Positions 38,613-51,539 of a DNA stretch of 64,000 nucleotides are shown one piece after another; positions within the stretch are counted from its first letter, which is position 1; the number at the start of each line of letters is the position of its first letter. Source of the DNA: Haliotis rufescens (lineage: Eukaryota); contig NW_025963879.1 of NCBI RefSeq assembly GCF_023055435.1, forward strand, positions 24,676,001-24,740,000. The letters run 5' to 3'. The notes beneath the pieces are model-generated. The model worked only from the letters and a program-made list of their open reading frames with translations, did no database searches and was not told where the DNA came from. The position numbers and the translations under genes are program-made.

Positions 38613-40649
38613 GTTACTCCATCGCGTCACGATGTGTACCCAGCTAAACCTCGGACGCAAGGAATGTAACTGCATTTCTGTGTATTGTGTAACTATGCTT
38701 GTCGCGACTTCCGCCTGTATTGTTATGTAATAAAGCTGCGCCCGTTTTTTGCCACTGAAGCATCGTGTTTTCTTTGGTATTCTTTCATTCACACTTAAAA
38801 CAATTATATAGCTGCAACCTCTATGTTGTAAGAAGATTTGCAAAGTACATGTTATGTATTTCTCGCTCTCAAGAAAAGGAACACTCTTCTCAAAGATCTG
38901 CCAGATTTGTAGTACTATGCCATTGTAACAATGTGAGACTGATTGTTGCCAGTGTGTGTAACATGCTTGTGTTGGGACCCGATCCACGGGGCGTTCGTAG
39001 GTTTTGATCGGCCTCAGTAACCGTTTGTGCATCCTTCTCAGCACTCCGAGGAGGTGAGGTGAAATGGGGTTTCACGTCGCGTCCAAGATTATTGCACTTA
39101 TATAGCGACGTGCATGTACGTGTGTGTATTTGTGCGGCTGCTTGTACTAGTCCGGACTGATGCCGATTTATAGTGCTAGCTCACTGAGGTACCATGCCGC
39201 AGTTTAACATGAATACCCCACTCAGACACAGTATACTGACTCCGAGCCGACCAGTCCTTGTTTTAGCCCCTTAATGCCGAGCGCCAGACAGGGTAACAAC
39301 AAGTACCATCTTTTAACGTCTTTTGGTATGACGCGGCCGGGGATGAGTGTTGACCACTTGTTCGTGGCTTGCGGGCACTTTGTGAATCGGTCCCCTGATG
39401 TCATAGTCAGCGCTCTGTACAGGTGAACTGATCAATCCAATGTACCTTGTATAATGGGCCGGTGGCCCCTTTACGGAATAAACTCATTCACCACAGGAGC
39501 ACGGTAAGGTACTTACAAACCCAAGATCATAATCGGGATTCGAACTTAGGAACAGTGGATTCTATTGGTCTAACATATCGAATTGCGGGCTTTTGACCAG
39601 GTCGGGCTTGCTGTCGGCGAAAATGATTCTGTTGTGAGATCTATATCACAAATTATCAGCATATTTGGATTACCAAACCTAACAGCGAAGCACACGACAC
39701 ATACAACATGCCACAAGTAAATGCTCATGGCGCTACGTACTATAACCCCGGGCAACAGATCATTGTGCAATCGATTTTCAATTATCAGCTCCCTGGGGAG
39801 GCGCTAGAAGGTAAACAGTCACATTTCACGCTCATCCTACCGGGTACCCATTAGCTGCATGGTCGACACCGCCGGTTTTCTTTTCGATCTGGAATCGTTA
39901 CTCAAAGTTCACTTTCGAGGCTAATATTACAAGTATTTGGGGGTAAATGATCATGTGAGAGATTTATTATCGAGTCAGTCGGAGATGTAGAAAAGAGCCC
40001 TAAGTCCTATAACATACATTGGCAGACATTCTAACGGGACTTATATTAAAATTAGAAACGGGTGAAGGGATACATGAAGAACGGATGAAGGGATGCTCGT
40101 ACTCTTACATATTCAGGACATTCAGCAACCCATGCTTGCCGTAAGAGGCGACTGTGTTTGTCTTAAAAGGTGACTAACGGGATTGGGTGGTCACGCTCGC
40201 TGACGTGGCTGATGCATGTCATCGTATCCAAATTGCGGGGATCGATGCTCATGATATGAATCACCGGATTGTCTGGTCTAGAGTGCCGCGTTAAACAACA
40301 AACAAACAAAAATATATTTCAGTTTATTGTTCCATGAATTTGAGAGTTTTTGTTGCCTAAATTCTTTAAGAGGAGTATACTTGTCCAGTGTCTTTAGCCA
40401 GGATCCGCTTCACTATTTAATGCGGTCCATCCTAGATGTCTCCGTAACGTAAAATATCAAACATTTGCAATTTGCGTTTGAGGGAACCCAATGACTTCAC
40501 TTACTTGGGGGCAGTGTCACTTACAGATCCATCACATAATATATGTAATTATTGCAATATTCCCGGAGGTTAGTTAAATGATAGTTAAATGACCGCCATG
40601 ACACCGCAGATGCTCTCTGAGGGGTAGAAGATCCACAGCAAAGACTATA

Positions 40650-41431
40650 TCAGCCGCGACATATGTATCCCATCATGCTCTGCGTCATGGTCCGTACAAT
40701 CGCAGGCGAGGGGTGGAAGTCGGGCAGGCCGAGCGCTACTGACATATCCCAAAAGTCAAGGAAGATAACTCTGTCATACAAGGGACGGAACTCTTCGTGG
40801 AGTATATCTCGGAATACAAGACCCCAGTAGGAATACATTTCTTGATACATTTGTTTGTAATAGGCATGGGGTCCTCTTACTGCTATAACAACATTGGGCG
40901 CCCGTTGTGTGAGAGCTCTGGTTCTTGAGACAAGTTTTTTGATGTGACGTCTGAAAACATCGGGATGGACCAGGATGAAATGTGTGTTTAGGTACAACAC
41001 AATGATATCCCGAGAATCGTTTGGGATTTTATCAAAATGATGTGATTCAGGTTTGATGTAAGCCTTTGGGTAGTGTAAAAGTCCAGGAAAGTACGGAAAT
41101 TCGTGAGCGTTCCAGTGGATGGAATAGTTGTAATGCGGGTGGCGAATGATTTTAGGCTCATGGGTGCGGGTGACGGCAGGAACGACCCTCAAGACGTTGT
41201 TCATCTCCGTCATGATCTGCATGCTCGTCGAGTCGCCGGATATCCACAGACTCCTGTTCTTTAGACATGCGCTGTAGGCGGGTTCCGTGATGGGAACTGT
41301 CATGGCGCACAGTCGGGGAATCCAAGCGCCCTTGTAAAAGAATCCAGAGGGCGCTTCATTCCGCCAGGTGTCGCTAGATGACACGGCCTTGCAGGGGGTC
41401 GTCGAGGAAAGGGCGCTCTGGTTTTCGGGGC
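40650..41431 (-). CDS. NXPE-family paralog 2, exon 4 (PC-esterase domain); whole protein about 545 aa
   Basis: LWISGDST, FLDFWDMS, DFHP; clearly homologous to 33465-34258. Confidence 0.92.
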
Positions 41432-42018
41432 CTGCGGAAGAACATTTTCAATGAGGTTCATATTTTAATACTTAAAAGAAGTTAAAGAACTCCCGATTCT
41501 TCATATTATAAAAATTAATCTGTTGGGCAGTATATAATCGGGAGAGTAAGCACGCGATACATCTAAATGTATTAGAATATGTCTTTGTTTGAGATAAATC
41601 TGTACATAATGACATTATTGTTGCTGTGATCAATCAATCCATTTAATTTTTTCAGAATGTAGGCCTCTCGGGCCTTAGTTTTTAGTACCAGCGCTTTATG
41701 TGATAAATAATACATTATCGTAATTACAAATGCGTGTAAATACCTCTCGGCAGTAATCTGTCCCGAGTGATTACATTACATAGGGTTTAAATTCATAGAT
41801 ACATTTACAAATTCAAGTGGCTTAAAGTGATATCCAGTGTTTGAAACAGCATTCTTGAAAATGAAACAAATTCGTGCTCTGTAAATACATTCAAAAACGT
41901 ATATCTTTCAATTCTAACTTTGGATAAAACTGACATATTAAATCGAATATTTACTGCTGCTGTAAGTCTATGCATAGAATTGTTAAGAACACATGAGAAA
42001 TTGAACTTTTCAAATTAC

Positions 42019-42077
42019 CTCTGGATATATTCACCGATATATTTTGTCTGAATATATCTTTTTCTTTATCAAGCGAC
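42019..42077 (-). CDS. NXPE-family paralog 2, exon 3 (59 nt)
   Basis: SLDKEKDIFRQNISVNISR; AG/GT bounded; phases 2 then 1, as in paralog 1. Confidence 0.8.
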
Positions 42078-42707
42078 CTGAGGATATAAACGTTTTGCAT
42101 ATCATTAACAGCTACACAGTTTATGTAACAGAATCTCCTAATCATCACACCCAAATGAGAGAACCCATTGAATAATATACTGATTAAAGGGAATAAACTT
42201 GTTCGTTTGTTTGTTGTTTAACGCCGCAATCAACAATATTCCAGGTATATGACAGCGGTCTGTGAATCATCGAGTATGTATCAGGCAGTCCAGTGATTGA
42301 CATCATGAGCATGGATCCACGCAATTGGAACACTATGACATGCATCAACCGAGTAAGCGAGTCTGTCTACCCGATCCCGTTAGTCGCCTCTTTCGACAAG
42401 CATGGGTTCCTGAGGACCAATTCTAACCCAAATCTTCAAGGGTGAAAAAAATAAGGGAACATTTTATATTGTTTAAAGGAAACTTTAATGTTGAAGGCAT
42501 CAGTAAAACTCCCATTTGTTGTTTTGAGTTCCGTTATTTGTTTTCATCAGTATACTTCTGACAGTAACTACAGACCATGATGCCCCCATCAGTGCAAAAT
42601 TGATTCCACAATCTGTCTTAAAAAGAGGCGTTTGATGTCTGATTGCAGTTCAAGCAAGATCAATTTCACATTTATTGAAACACACTACTATGTCTATCCA
42701 AAGAGAC

Positions 42708-42870
42708 AGGGGCGGTCGGGTAGCCTAGTGGTTAAAGCCTTCGCTCGTCACGCCGAAGACCCGGGTTCGATTCCCGACATGGGTACAATGTGTGAAGCCC
42801 ATTTCTGGTGTCCCCCGCCGTGATATTGCTGGAATATTGCTAAAAGCGGCGTCAAACCATACTCACTCAC
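42708..42870 (+). mobile_element. SINE A (about 165-bp tRNA-derived); other copies at about 6673-6808, 11270-11368(-), 12460-12606(-), 13708-13850, 19657-19821, 29165-29330(-), 54860-55035(-) and 62862-63030(-)
   Basis: A box tagcctagtgg, B box ggttcgattcc, (actc)n tail; TSD ccaaagagaca. Confidence 0.9.
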
Positions 42871-43093
42871 CCAAAGAGACAAAAAATACTGTCAGTTATT
42901 AACTTCTGAAAATGTTTTTTTTATACGCATTGAAGGGCTGAGGATGTATTTAAAAAGAAATTTACCTGTCTAGTTACACATGTATATAAATAACGTTTTT
43001 ATATATACTATTTCAAGTGATGTTGCTGCGCATATTGCATTTAGTTTAGATTAAAAGACACATTTCTATGAAGCTCCTGGTTCCTTTACTCAC

Positions 43094-43768
43094 AAATCGT
43101 ACACAAGCTTCTCTGCTGGGGACAAGGGTATCCGGCGCCGATATGACCACACGCTGACCACCATGCTACAGTTGAGGTCTGGATGCAAGGGCTGGACACA
43201 GTAGTAAGGCAGGTCACCGTTGTCCGCGGTCAGATTGCAGTACTCAGCTGGGGGCATAGGCCGTGTGAAACATAGTGTTGACTCCACCGCGACGCCATTA
43301 AAGAAGTCTGCGTGCGCATTCCACAGTGTGTCATATTGGTGATATTTCCGGTAAATCAGAGCGATTTCTTCCTTACGTTTTTCAACATAACAGAAAATGG
43401 TTGGCGTCCCAGCCCACGATGCTCTCAAAATGCCGGTGTAACTTCCGTTATTGTGGTCGATGACGTCCCCGGAAACGTTGGCTCTTAATCCGGGCTCTTC
43501 CATCCACAACCGGAAGAAGTCTCCGCCGCTAGTTCGTCTAATTCCGTAACTGTCGTATGTTTCTATTCTGACCTGAATCGTGTCGTTTAAGGAAAACGTT
43601 GTCTGTCCATGAAGGAAGAACCGAGACAACAGTGGATCCGTTACTGTCTTCAGATCTATATCCAATGGATTTCGCAGAATTTCCTCTTCCGACAAGAAGC
43701 GTCTGGGTTCCTCCGTTGACCCAAGGTTGGCGTTAGTCCTCGACCACTGTGTGACCACGAGGTATAAC
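43094..43768 (-). CDS. NXPE-family paralog 2, exon 2
   Basis: YDSYGIRRTSGGDFF...DHNNGSYTG; tttcag| acceptor and TT|gtgagt donor. Confidence 0.9.
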
Positions 43769-45128
43769 CTGAAACATGCACTGATCAACATGTACTGACG
43801 ATCAAGTAGTGTATAAGTTTGGGATCTTGTATGGGGACTAGATATTCTTTAAGGTGTCACATAGACTAACGCTTAGTCTCTGTAACTAGAAACAAATACA
43901 GTAAAATACGTTTATAACGAACACGCTTATAACGAACTGACGGATATTACGAACTTTATTTTTGGTCCCGGCCATTTGCTGTATAGATGTTGTATATATG
44001 CTTATAACGAACTACGGTTATAACGAACTAAAATTTGTGGTCCATTTGATAAACGTGGGGGAAATATAGACTTTTTTAGTCTATAGAATTACAGTAAGAG
44101 CTGGACGAAAGGGAAAATACTATGGTTCAGGGAACATGAGACAGTCTGTATGATTCACATGCTAAAAAACAGACACTTATTTAATTAAACCTATGAGAGT
44201 AAATATTTATTTATAAATGATCTTTATCTTGCCACTGGGTCAAACTGACCTACTACATACATACTACACGTGGTACGTGATTTTAATACGTTTTTATTGA
44301 TATCTGAATTTGACATATCTGATGAGGTATTTTGTGAAGCATGATAAGAGTTAGGTCTTTATGTTTGTATTACATAAGTATGGTCAGTTGACGACCCTCT
44401 TCCCTCCCCCAGTCCTTGAAACACACAAATTCACATGACGCGTAAACAGCTGGTGTAAACAATCAGAAACATACTGACACCACTAATGATAATAATAAGA
44501 CTGAACAGATGTTGATACGACCCCCTGTTTCTACTATAATACCATCTGCAAAAGCAAATAATCAACTGAAAAAAGTGTATAGTTAAAGTCGTGGATGCAG
44601 TCTTGGGTGTAAAGTTGCGCCCCCAGATTCCTCCACATTAATGACCCTCGGTCTTAGAGCACCAAGCCCGTGCACCATTTGGGCTTTTCTTCCACAGTAA
44701 GCCCTGGCACACCATGCTATATCTGTCAAACCCAACTCAGTCACTCACTCTTGCCCGCCCGTGAAGATCCTGGTTAGAATTGGTCTTCAGCAACCCATGC
44801 TTGTCGCAAGAGGCAACCAGCGGGATCGGGTGGTCAGGCTCGCTGACTTGGTTGATGCATGTCATCGTATCCCAATTGCGTGGTTCGATGCTTATGATGC
44901 CAGTCAGTGAATTGTCTCGACCAGGCTTGATTATTTACAGACAGCCGACACATAGCTTAATATTGCTGAGTGCGGCGTTTAAACCCCCACCCCTACCTCC
45001 CAAAAAAACAAAACAAAAAAACAAAAACGAAACATAGAGGTCCATATTTTCAAAAAACACGTTTTTCGTCATACAGTAACATATCTCCTTATGTTGTGTT
45101 GGAACACACTCGGCAAGATGAACCTTAC

Positions 45129-45250
45129 CTTGTTGTTTGTAGGATGCCTCGCGTCATTATCTGTCTGTGTAGGTACAGTACGCCGAACATCGCCAACATA
45201 CAAACGCATAGCAACGTCTTGGACACGCCTGCACGTCGCCAGGGCCACAT
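45129..45250 (-). CDS. NXPE-family paralog 2, exon 1 (signal anchor)
   Basis: MWPWRRAGVSKTLLCVCMLAMFGVLYLHRQIMTRGILQTT + AG|gtaagg; phase 2. Confidence 0.8.
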
Positions 45251-45718
45251 CTTGCCTTGTGTGCACCAGCAATCCCACATACACCCCAGCAAGTATCTGT
45301 CCGTGTGTTTATTTGTAACGACCTGGCAACATCTGCCGTCACCTTAACGGTCTTAACCTAATCATGTCCACCACACCGTGCCTTGATCTACCATAATACC
45401 ACTGGTGACAACTCGTCCCACTTGGGGACAAGCCGAATGTGTAGGTTACGGAAACATGCGAGTGGTGACGAATGCCATAAATACAAGAAGCTCTATTTTC
45501 TATGGTGGCCGAGACGGGACATCACTTTTTGGCCTTAAATTACGGCAGCGAGACAACGTTAAAGCGAACACATGAGACAAAACGCGAAAAAACGATGTTC
45601 CCTCTCGGTCACCATAGTTGCCGCCATTATGTTCATGGTCAGGTTAAAGCGTTCGCTCGTCACACCGAAGACCCGGGTTCGATTTCCCCACATGGCCACA
45701 ATGTGTGAAGCCCATTTG

Positions 45719-46298
45719 CAACCTCATTAGAATCAGATCTAAGTTCTTGCTGCCGCTAAACAAAGATCTGAGGACATTCCATTACGGGTCACATCAAAAC
45801 GACCTTTCGCGAACTTTGACAGACCACTGAAACTACTAACAAGAAGTCGACATCAGCCAATTAGAAAGCAGCTTTTACGAGCTTTACGGCACTCGTTTCA
45901 ACCAGGCGACTTCCATTTCAGAATACGCTTGAAAATATGTTGACTCAGTTCTCGATTAAAATTTTGTAAAACTGAACAAACAAACATTCCGGAATGTCAA
46001 ACATATGGTTGGGATTGTTTGGCAGTGCTTTCTCCGTTCAGATGCTTATCTCACGGAAGCGACAGATAGAATATAATTTTGACGGAATCAGTCGTACGAG
46101 CCGTAACTGTCGTTCGGAATATCCTGTGTTAACGTTAACGAGGTTGCATGATTAGAAAACACATTCCCACTTTCATGATCTGGTAAGCGACGCGTTGATT
46201 GGTCTGATGAAAGGTCGTCCTGACGTGACCCGTAATTGGATGTCCTCAGATCTTTGTTTAGCGAAAGCGAGAACTAAGATCTGATTTTAATGAGATTG
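45719..46298. mobile_element. Long-TIR MITE inserted into a SINE A copy (45641-46378)
   Basis: About 90-bp TIR caacctcattagaatcagatct...; 10-bp TSD agcccatttg. Confidence 0.9.
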
Positions 46299-47537
46299 AG
46301 CCCATTTGTGGTGTACCCCCGCCGTGATATTGCTGGAATATTGCTAAAAGCGGCGTAAAACCATACTCACTCACTCACGGTCATATAGCCTCGTACGGAA
46401 CAGAGATCAGATTTATCCAGTAATGGTATTTTCCTATGTCGAATGGCTTTGTTCATATTCCATGAAACATATTTTTAAGATGTATATTTGCGACGGGAAT
46501 ATGTCTATAACTATAAACACGACCTCCAAAATAGCTTGACAATCCAGAACACAAATACAGACTCGTCAATCTCTTCTGATTGTTAGCCAATAATCAAATC
46601 AGTGTAAACTCTACATGTCTTAGTGAGTGTGGTTTTACGTGGTGTATGCGACCTGTGAAGATCCGGGGTAGAATAGGTCTTCGCAACCCATTCTTGCTGT
46701 AAAAGGCGACTATGCTTGTCGTAAAAGGGATCGGGTGGTCAGGCTCGCTGACTTGGTTAATGCATGTCATCGATCCCAACTGCGTGGATCGATGCTCATG
46801 ATGTCAATCACTGGATTGTCTGACCCAGACTCGATTATTTACAGACCACCGTCATATAGCTGGAATATTGCTGAGTGCGGCGTTAAACAACAAACAAACA
46901 AACAAACAAAAACAAACGTGGTGTATGCAATATGCCAGTTGTAATAAGGCGGGGGAAACATATTATAAAGAATTAGTGTGTCCAGGTAGGGAATCGAACA
47001 CAAGTCGACACAACCTCAACGCTCTTACCACTAGACTATCCTACATCGCCGATATCAGCATGGCCACGGTACTGTTCGATCAATAAACACCCGCATGCAG
47101 TGATCATTTATAATATCAAATACCATTACCCTGAATAAATAACTCTTTATTGATGAGATGATCCATCCAACTGCATTTGAGCATGGGGAAGTGTTATGAA
47201 CGTGTTTAAGCAGCGGACTCTGGACTTACACACAGCAGGCGTAAATCATAGTTAACATGTCGGTTTTTGTTTAAAATTTTTTGTAAATGTGCAATTGTGT
47301 GAATAAATGTATGGTGTATCGCTTGATTGCCTGGTCTATTTACAGACGCCGTCGCGTGGCAGGAGTAGTGCTGTGCGGCGACAGGCAACAAACACTGCAC
47401 ATTGTGTGAGAGGGTGCTTCATGTAGGGCAGGACAGGCTTCCCCTTTTCGCGAACATCTGGTGTCTTTACTGACTTTCAGTGATCCATTCACATCATTTT
47501 CACAACTATTCGTCTTCTACGCCAAATGGAATTTGTT

Positions 47538-48785
47538 TCCTTGACGGTTTTCACGAACACGATGCGTTGGACGGTTTTCACGAACACGATGCACTAGACT
47601 GTTTTCACGAACATGATGCACTTGAAGGTTTTCACGAACATGATGCACTAGACTGTTTTCACGAACATGATGCACTTGAAGGTTTTCACGAACGTGATGC
47701 ACCAGACTGTTTTCACGAACATAATGCACTTGAAGGTTTTCACGAACGTGATGCACCGGACTGTTTTCACGAACACGATGCACTAGACTGTTTTCACGAA
47801 GATGATGCAGCGGTCTGTTTTCCCGAACACGATGCACTTGAAGGTTTTCAAGAACATGATGCACTAGACTGTTTTCACGAACATGATGCACTAGACTGTT
47901 TTTACAAACACGATGCACTAGACTGTTTTCACGAACATGATGCACCGGACTGTTTTCACGAACATGATGCACTTGAAGGTTTTCACGAACGTGATGCACT
48001 AGACTGTTTTCACGAACATGATGCACTAGACTGTTTTTACAAACATGATGCACTAGACTGTTTTTACAAACACGATGCACTAGACTGTTTTCACGAACAC
48101 GATGCACTAGACTGTCTTTACAAACACGATGCAAAACAAGGTTTTCACGAACATGATGCACTAGACGGTTTTCACGAACATGATGCACTAGAAGGTTTTC
48201 ACGAACATGATGCACTAGACGGTTTTCACGAACATGATGCACTAGAAGGTTTTCACGAACATGATGCACTAGACGGTTTTCACGAACATGATGCACTTGA
48301 AGGTTTTCACGAACATGATGCATTAGACGGTTTTCACGAACACGATGCACTAGACTGTTTTCATGAACATGATGCACCTGACGGTTTTCACGAACACGAT
48401 GCACTAGAAGGTTTTCACGAACATGATGCACTAGACGGTTTTCACGAACACGATGCACTAGACGGTTTTCACGAACACGATGCACTAGACTGTTTTCATG
48501 AACATGATGCACCTGACGGTTTTCACGAACACGATGCACTAGACGGTTTTCACGAACATGATGCACTAGACGGTTTTCACGAACACGATGCACCAGACAG
48601 TTTTCACGACCACATGACGCACAAGACTGTTTTCACGAACAGGATGCACTAGACGGTTTCACGAACACATGATGCACTAGACGGTTTTCACGAACATGAT
48701 GCACTAGACGGTTTTCACGAACATGATGCACCGGACTGTTTTCACGAACACGATGCACTAGAAGGTTTTCATGAACACGAAGCTG
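47538..48785. repeat. 27-bp minisatellite (about 46 copies), open reading frame (FHEHDALDG)n
   Basis: Unit gacggttttcacgaacatgatgcacta with variants. Confidence 0.97.
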
Positions 48786-49622
48786 ACAAAACAAGAATAA
48801 TAATCAGGGCCAATCTGGGATTCGAACTCACGATCATTAGATTTTGGCTGGCCAGTGAGTCGCAATTCTGTAATGGAGAAATACCCCGAATTTACTGATT
48901 CCGGAAGTAGAATGAACCAGCGAACCGGTGATATCTCCGATTTAAATCATGTTTTGGTTGATATATAATTTATCTTTATATATTCCATAATGATCTTTTG
49001 TTGCGTCAATCCTACTTGTTAGAATTAATGTTTAGATTAATGAATTAATGTTTAGATTAATTCATTCTGGCTCAGAATCAAATGCACCAACAATTGCGGG
49101 ACGTCATCGTCATCGTCAAATAAAGCCAGCCCTTCCATTGACAAAAGAACAGTAATTTCTATTGAGGGGCCCTTGCTAAACAGTCTGTCCATAAGCTAAT
49201 GATGCCACTTTGTATTCCTATTTTCCAAATCGTTAAAAATTCATCATTAGGCTTTAAACCGGCGTAGTTCTTCATTTGATCCAAGATCGAAGAAAATGAT
49301 TATGCTTCTGTGCCCAGTCGCAGCTACAGTGTATTGCAATGTTTCCAACACATATACACCCCATTATCATTCGTTCGATAGCAGTGTACACACTTGTATT
49401 GTGTTGGCTTTCAACTCATTAGTTATTTTCAATGTTGAATGTTGACTTTTCACATTTGTGTCTGTCCGATGTCATTACCGGAAAATGACCGTAAAGTAAT
49501 GTAATTGTTTAGCTTGTGATAGCCCCATAGCACTGTACGTTGCCAGGGCAATATCGTTTTTCTCGCAATGATTTACTCACATGACTTCAACAAAGAGTTT
49601 TTTTTGCCACTCGAAGTTCAGC

Positions 49623-50792
49623 ATGGGTGCGTATCGGTTGTGTTTGGCGTTTCTGCTGTGTACGTGTGCCGTCACCGTTATTGGTCATATCAACAACACA
49701 ATGAAGACGGCAATGATAGCCCTACGGGCAGAACTTTTAACGAACCTGGGACCCAATGTACCGCCGATCACATTCGAAGGGAGTGCCATCAAACTCAACT
49801 TCTCCGTCGCGTCGTTACATATAAACGATCTCAACTCTGCGACGGAGACTCTCCATTCAACGGCTCATGTTCTGATGGCCTGGTACGACAAGACTGTCTC
49901 CTGGTCACCTGGCAACCACTCCGGCATCCAACAATTGCAGTTCGACATATCCGAAGTGTGGACGCCCGTCTTGCTGCTTAGCAACTCCGTCGGGAATTCC
50001 GCCACTTTCTCGACCACCGTGCCCATCCTACTGACGGCTGATGGGAAATTCCTGTGGCAGATCCCAGCAACGTGGGCGACAACTTGTACAATCTACATAG
50101 AAAGGTATCCTTTTGACGAACAGTTCTGTGACCTGATGTTCACGAGAGTTGAAGGCTTCCTTCTTGACATCACCGCCAACACCAGCATCGGCCCCAACAC
50201 CGACATCGGCGTTCAGCCTGACACGACTGGTGAATGGGAGTTTCTCAGCGTCTCTTTGGTTACATTTGGAAAGGAAAGGCAACTCCCCGGCGTACACTAT
50301 CGCATTCACATGAAACGGAGGTACCTATTCCACATGCTGAACGTTGTGTTTCCGATGTCTATCCTGTCGTTCACGAGCTCTATGGTGTTCCTATTACCGA
50401 CGAGGTCAGGGGAAAAAATTGGCTTTGTTATGGCTGTGTTTGTGTCTAACGCCCTTTTCCTCACCTACAATCAAGAGTCGATGCCACACACCTCCACCTC
50501 CGTGTCCAGTCTGTCAGTATATCTCACACTCATCCAAATTCAGGAGTTTCTCACCATGTTAGGAACCATCGTTGTGCACATCGTCTATGATCAGCGAATA
50601 GTGAACCAAGAGTTGAAGGTGAAGGTCAACAAAGTAAAGGTAACCCCAGTCGACAGCGACGGCTCAGATCCCAAGAGAAGGTCTTTACGGGATCGATTCC
50701 GAGAGGCCCCAGCTGACCGAAAACTGGACTGCATATTCTTTTGTATATCTTTCTTCTTAGCTCTACTTGCTTACATGACTATCATCTTATAA
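49623..50792 (+). CDS. Divergent nAChR-like Cys-loop ligand-gated ion channel subunit, copy A (intronless CDS; ORF track start is 49581)
   Basis: Signal peptide MGAYRLCLAFLLCTCAVTVIG, WTP loop A, Cys-loop CTIYIERYPFDEQFC, GEW, four TM helices with GEK before M2. ATG 49623 is the start conserved in both copies. Confidence 0.93.
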   Translation: MGAYRLCLAFLLCTCAVTVIGHINNTMKTAMIALRAELLTNLGPNVPPITFEGSAIKLNFSVASLHINDLNSATETLHSTAHVLMAWYDKTVSWSPGNHSGIQQLQFDISEVWTPVLLLSNSVGNSATFSTTVPILLTADGKFLWQIPATWATTCTIYIERYPFDEQFCDLMFTRVEGFLLDITANTSIGPNTDIGVQPDTTGEWEFLSVSLVTFGKERQLPGVHYRIHMKRRYLFHMLNVVFPMSILSFTSSMVFLLPTRSGEKIGFVMAVFVSNALFLTYNQESMPHTSTSVSSLSVYLTLIQIQEFLTMLGTIVVHIVYDQRIVNQELKVKVNKVKVTPVDSDGSDPKRRSLRDRFREAPADRKLDCIFFCISFFLALLAYMTIIL

Positions 50793-51539
50793 CGACGCAA
50801 ATTCAAGGGACAATCAGATGAGAGTTCCCTTTTGGGAAAGTGTATCCATTAAGTGCGAGACTTCTGCTGACCAGTGTCGGCCATACTCGAGTATCCATTC
50901 TATTTAACCTCCACTCTATAATTATAACTTCCCTGGACCCTTTTGCTACAAGCATAATTTCGGACATCAACATCTTTATCGCTCGTATGACCAACTTACC
51001 AAAGTACCCCCCTTCCCCCATCCCAATCCCCCAAGTTAGAAATGTCTAGCATTAGTGAATAGTTCTAGACGTCACATTCGGCATATTGCAACCCTCAGGG
51101 TGTTAGTGGAGCACATGTAGCCATGGTGTGGTATGGTATGGTATGGTATGGTATGGTACGGTATTGTGTGGTACATGTATTTAGGGTTTAGGGGGACTTG
51201 GACCATTAAAGGTTTATTTTCACATCAAATGTCTTTAAAAAGGGCAGAGTGAGAAATGTAAATGACACGATTGACCAATCTGTTTCATGATCTAGTTTAT
51301 ATTTTCAAACAAAATGCCATTACTAATTCATTTCTGAAAAGTCAGAACTCATTCCCTAAAAGAACAGACAAGACAAAAATGATAAAACGTTAAAATGCTT
51401 TAAAATTTAAAACACATTGTATGTCTATATTAGATTTCTGTGATATATCAAAGTTTCCCATTGCAGTCACGAAGTCTTATAATTCCCGCTGAATTGAACC
51501 CAAATTATGTCGGGGTCCAAAAGTGTAATAAGAAAAAAA

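Noticed and set aside
42708-42785. tRNA genes at the heads of SINEs A, B and C
   Set aside because: Each continues into a SINE body and tail with TSDs; the copies are divergent and lack a closed acceptor stem.
44319-46230. Hammerhead ribozyme cores at CTGATGA matches (about 29107, 44319, 46204)
   Set aside because: No flanking stem II and GAAA in the required arrangement.
47517-48593. 358-aa minus-strand ORF (HHVRENSLV)n
   Set aside because: Antisense shadow of the 27-bp minisatellite.
49568-49981. 137-aa overlapping ORF conserved in both duplicates (also 53174-53587)
   Set aside because: Alternative frame of the channel CDS; its conservation is explained by the recent duplication.
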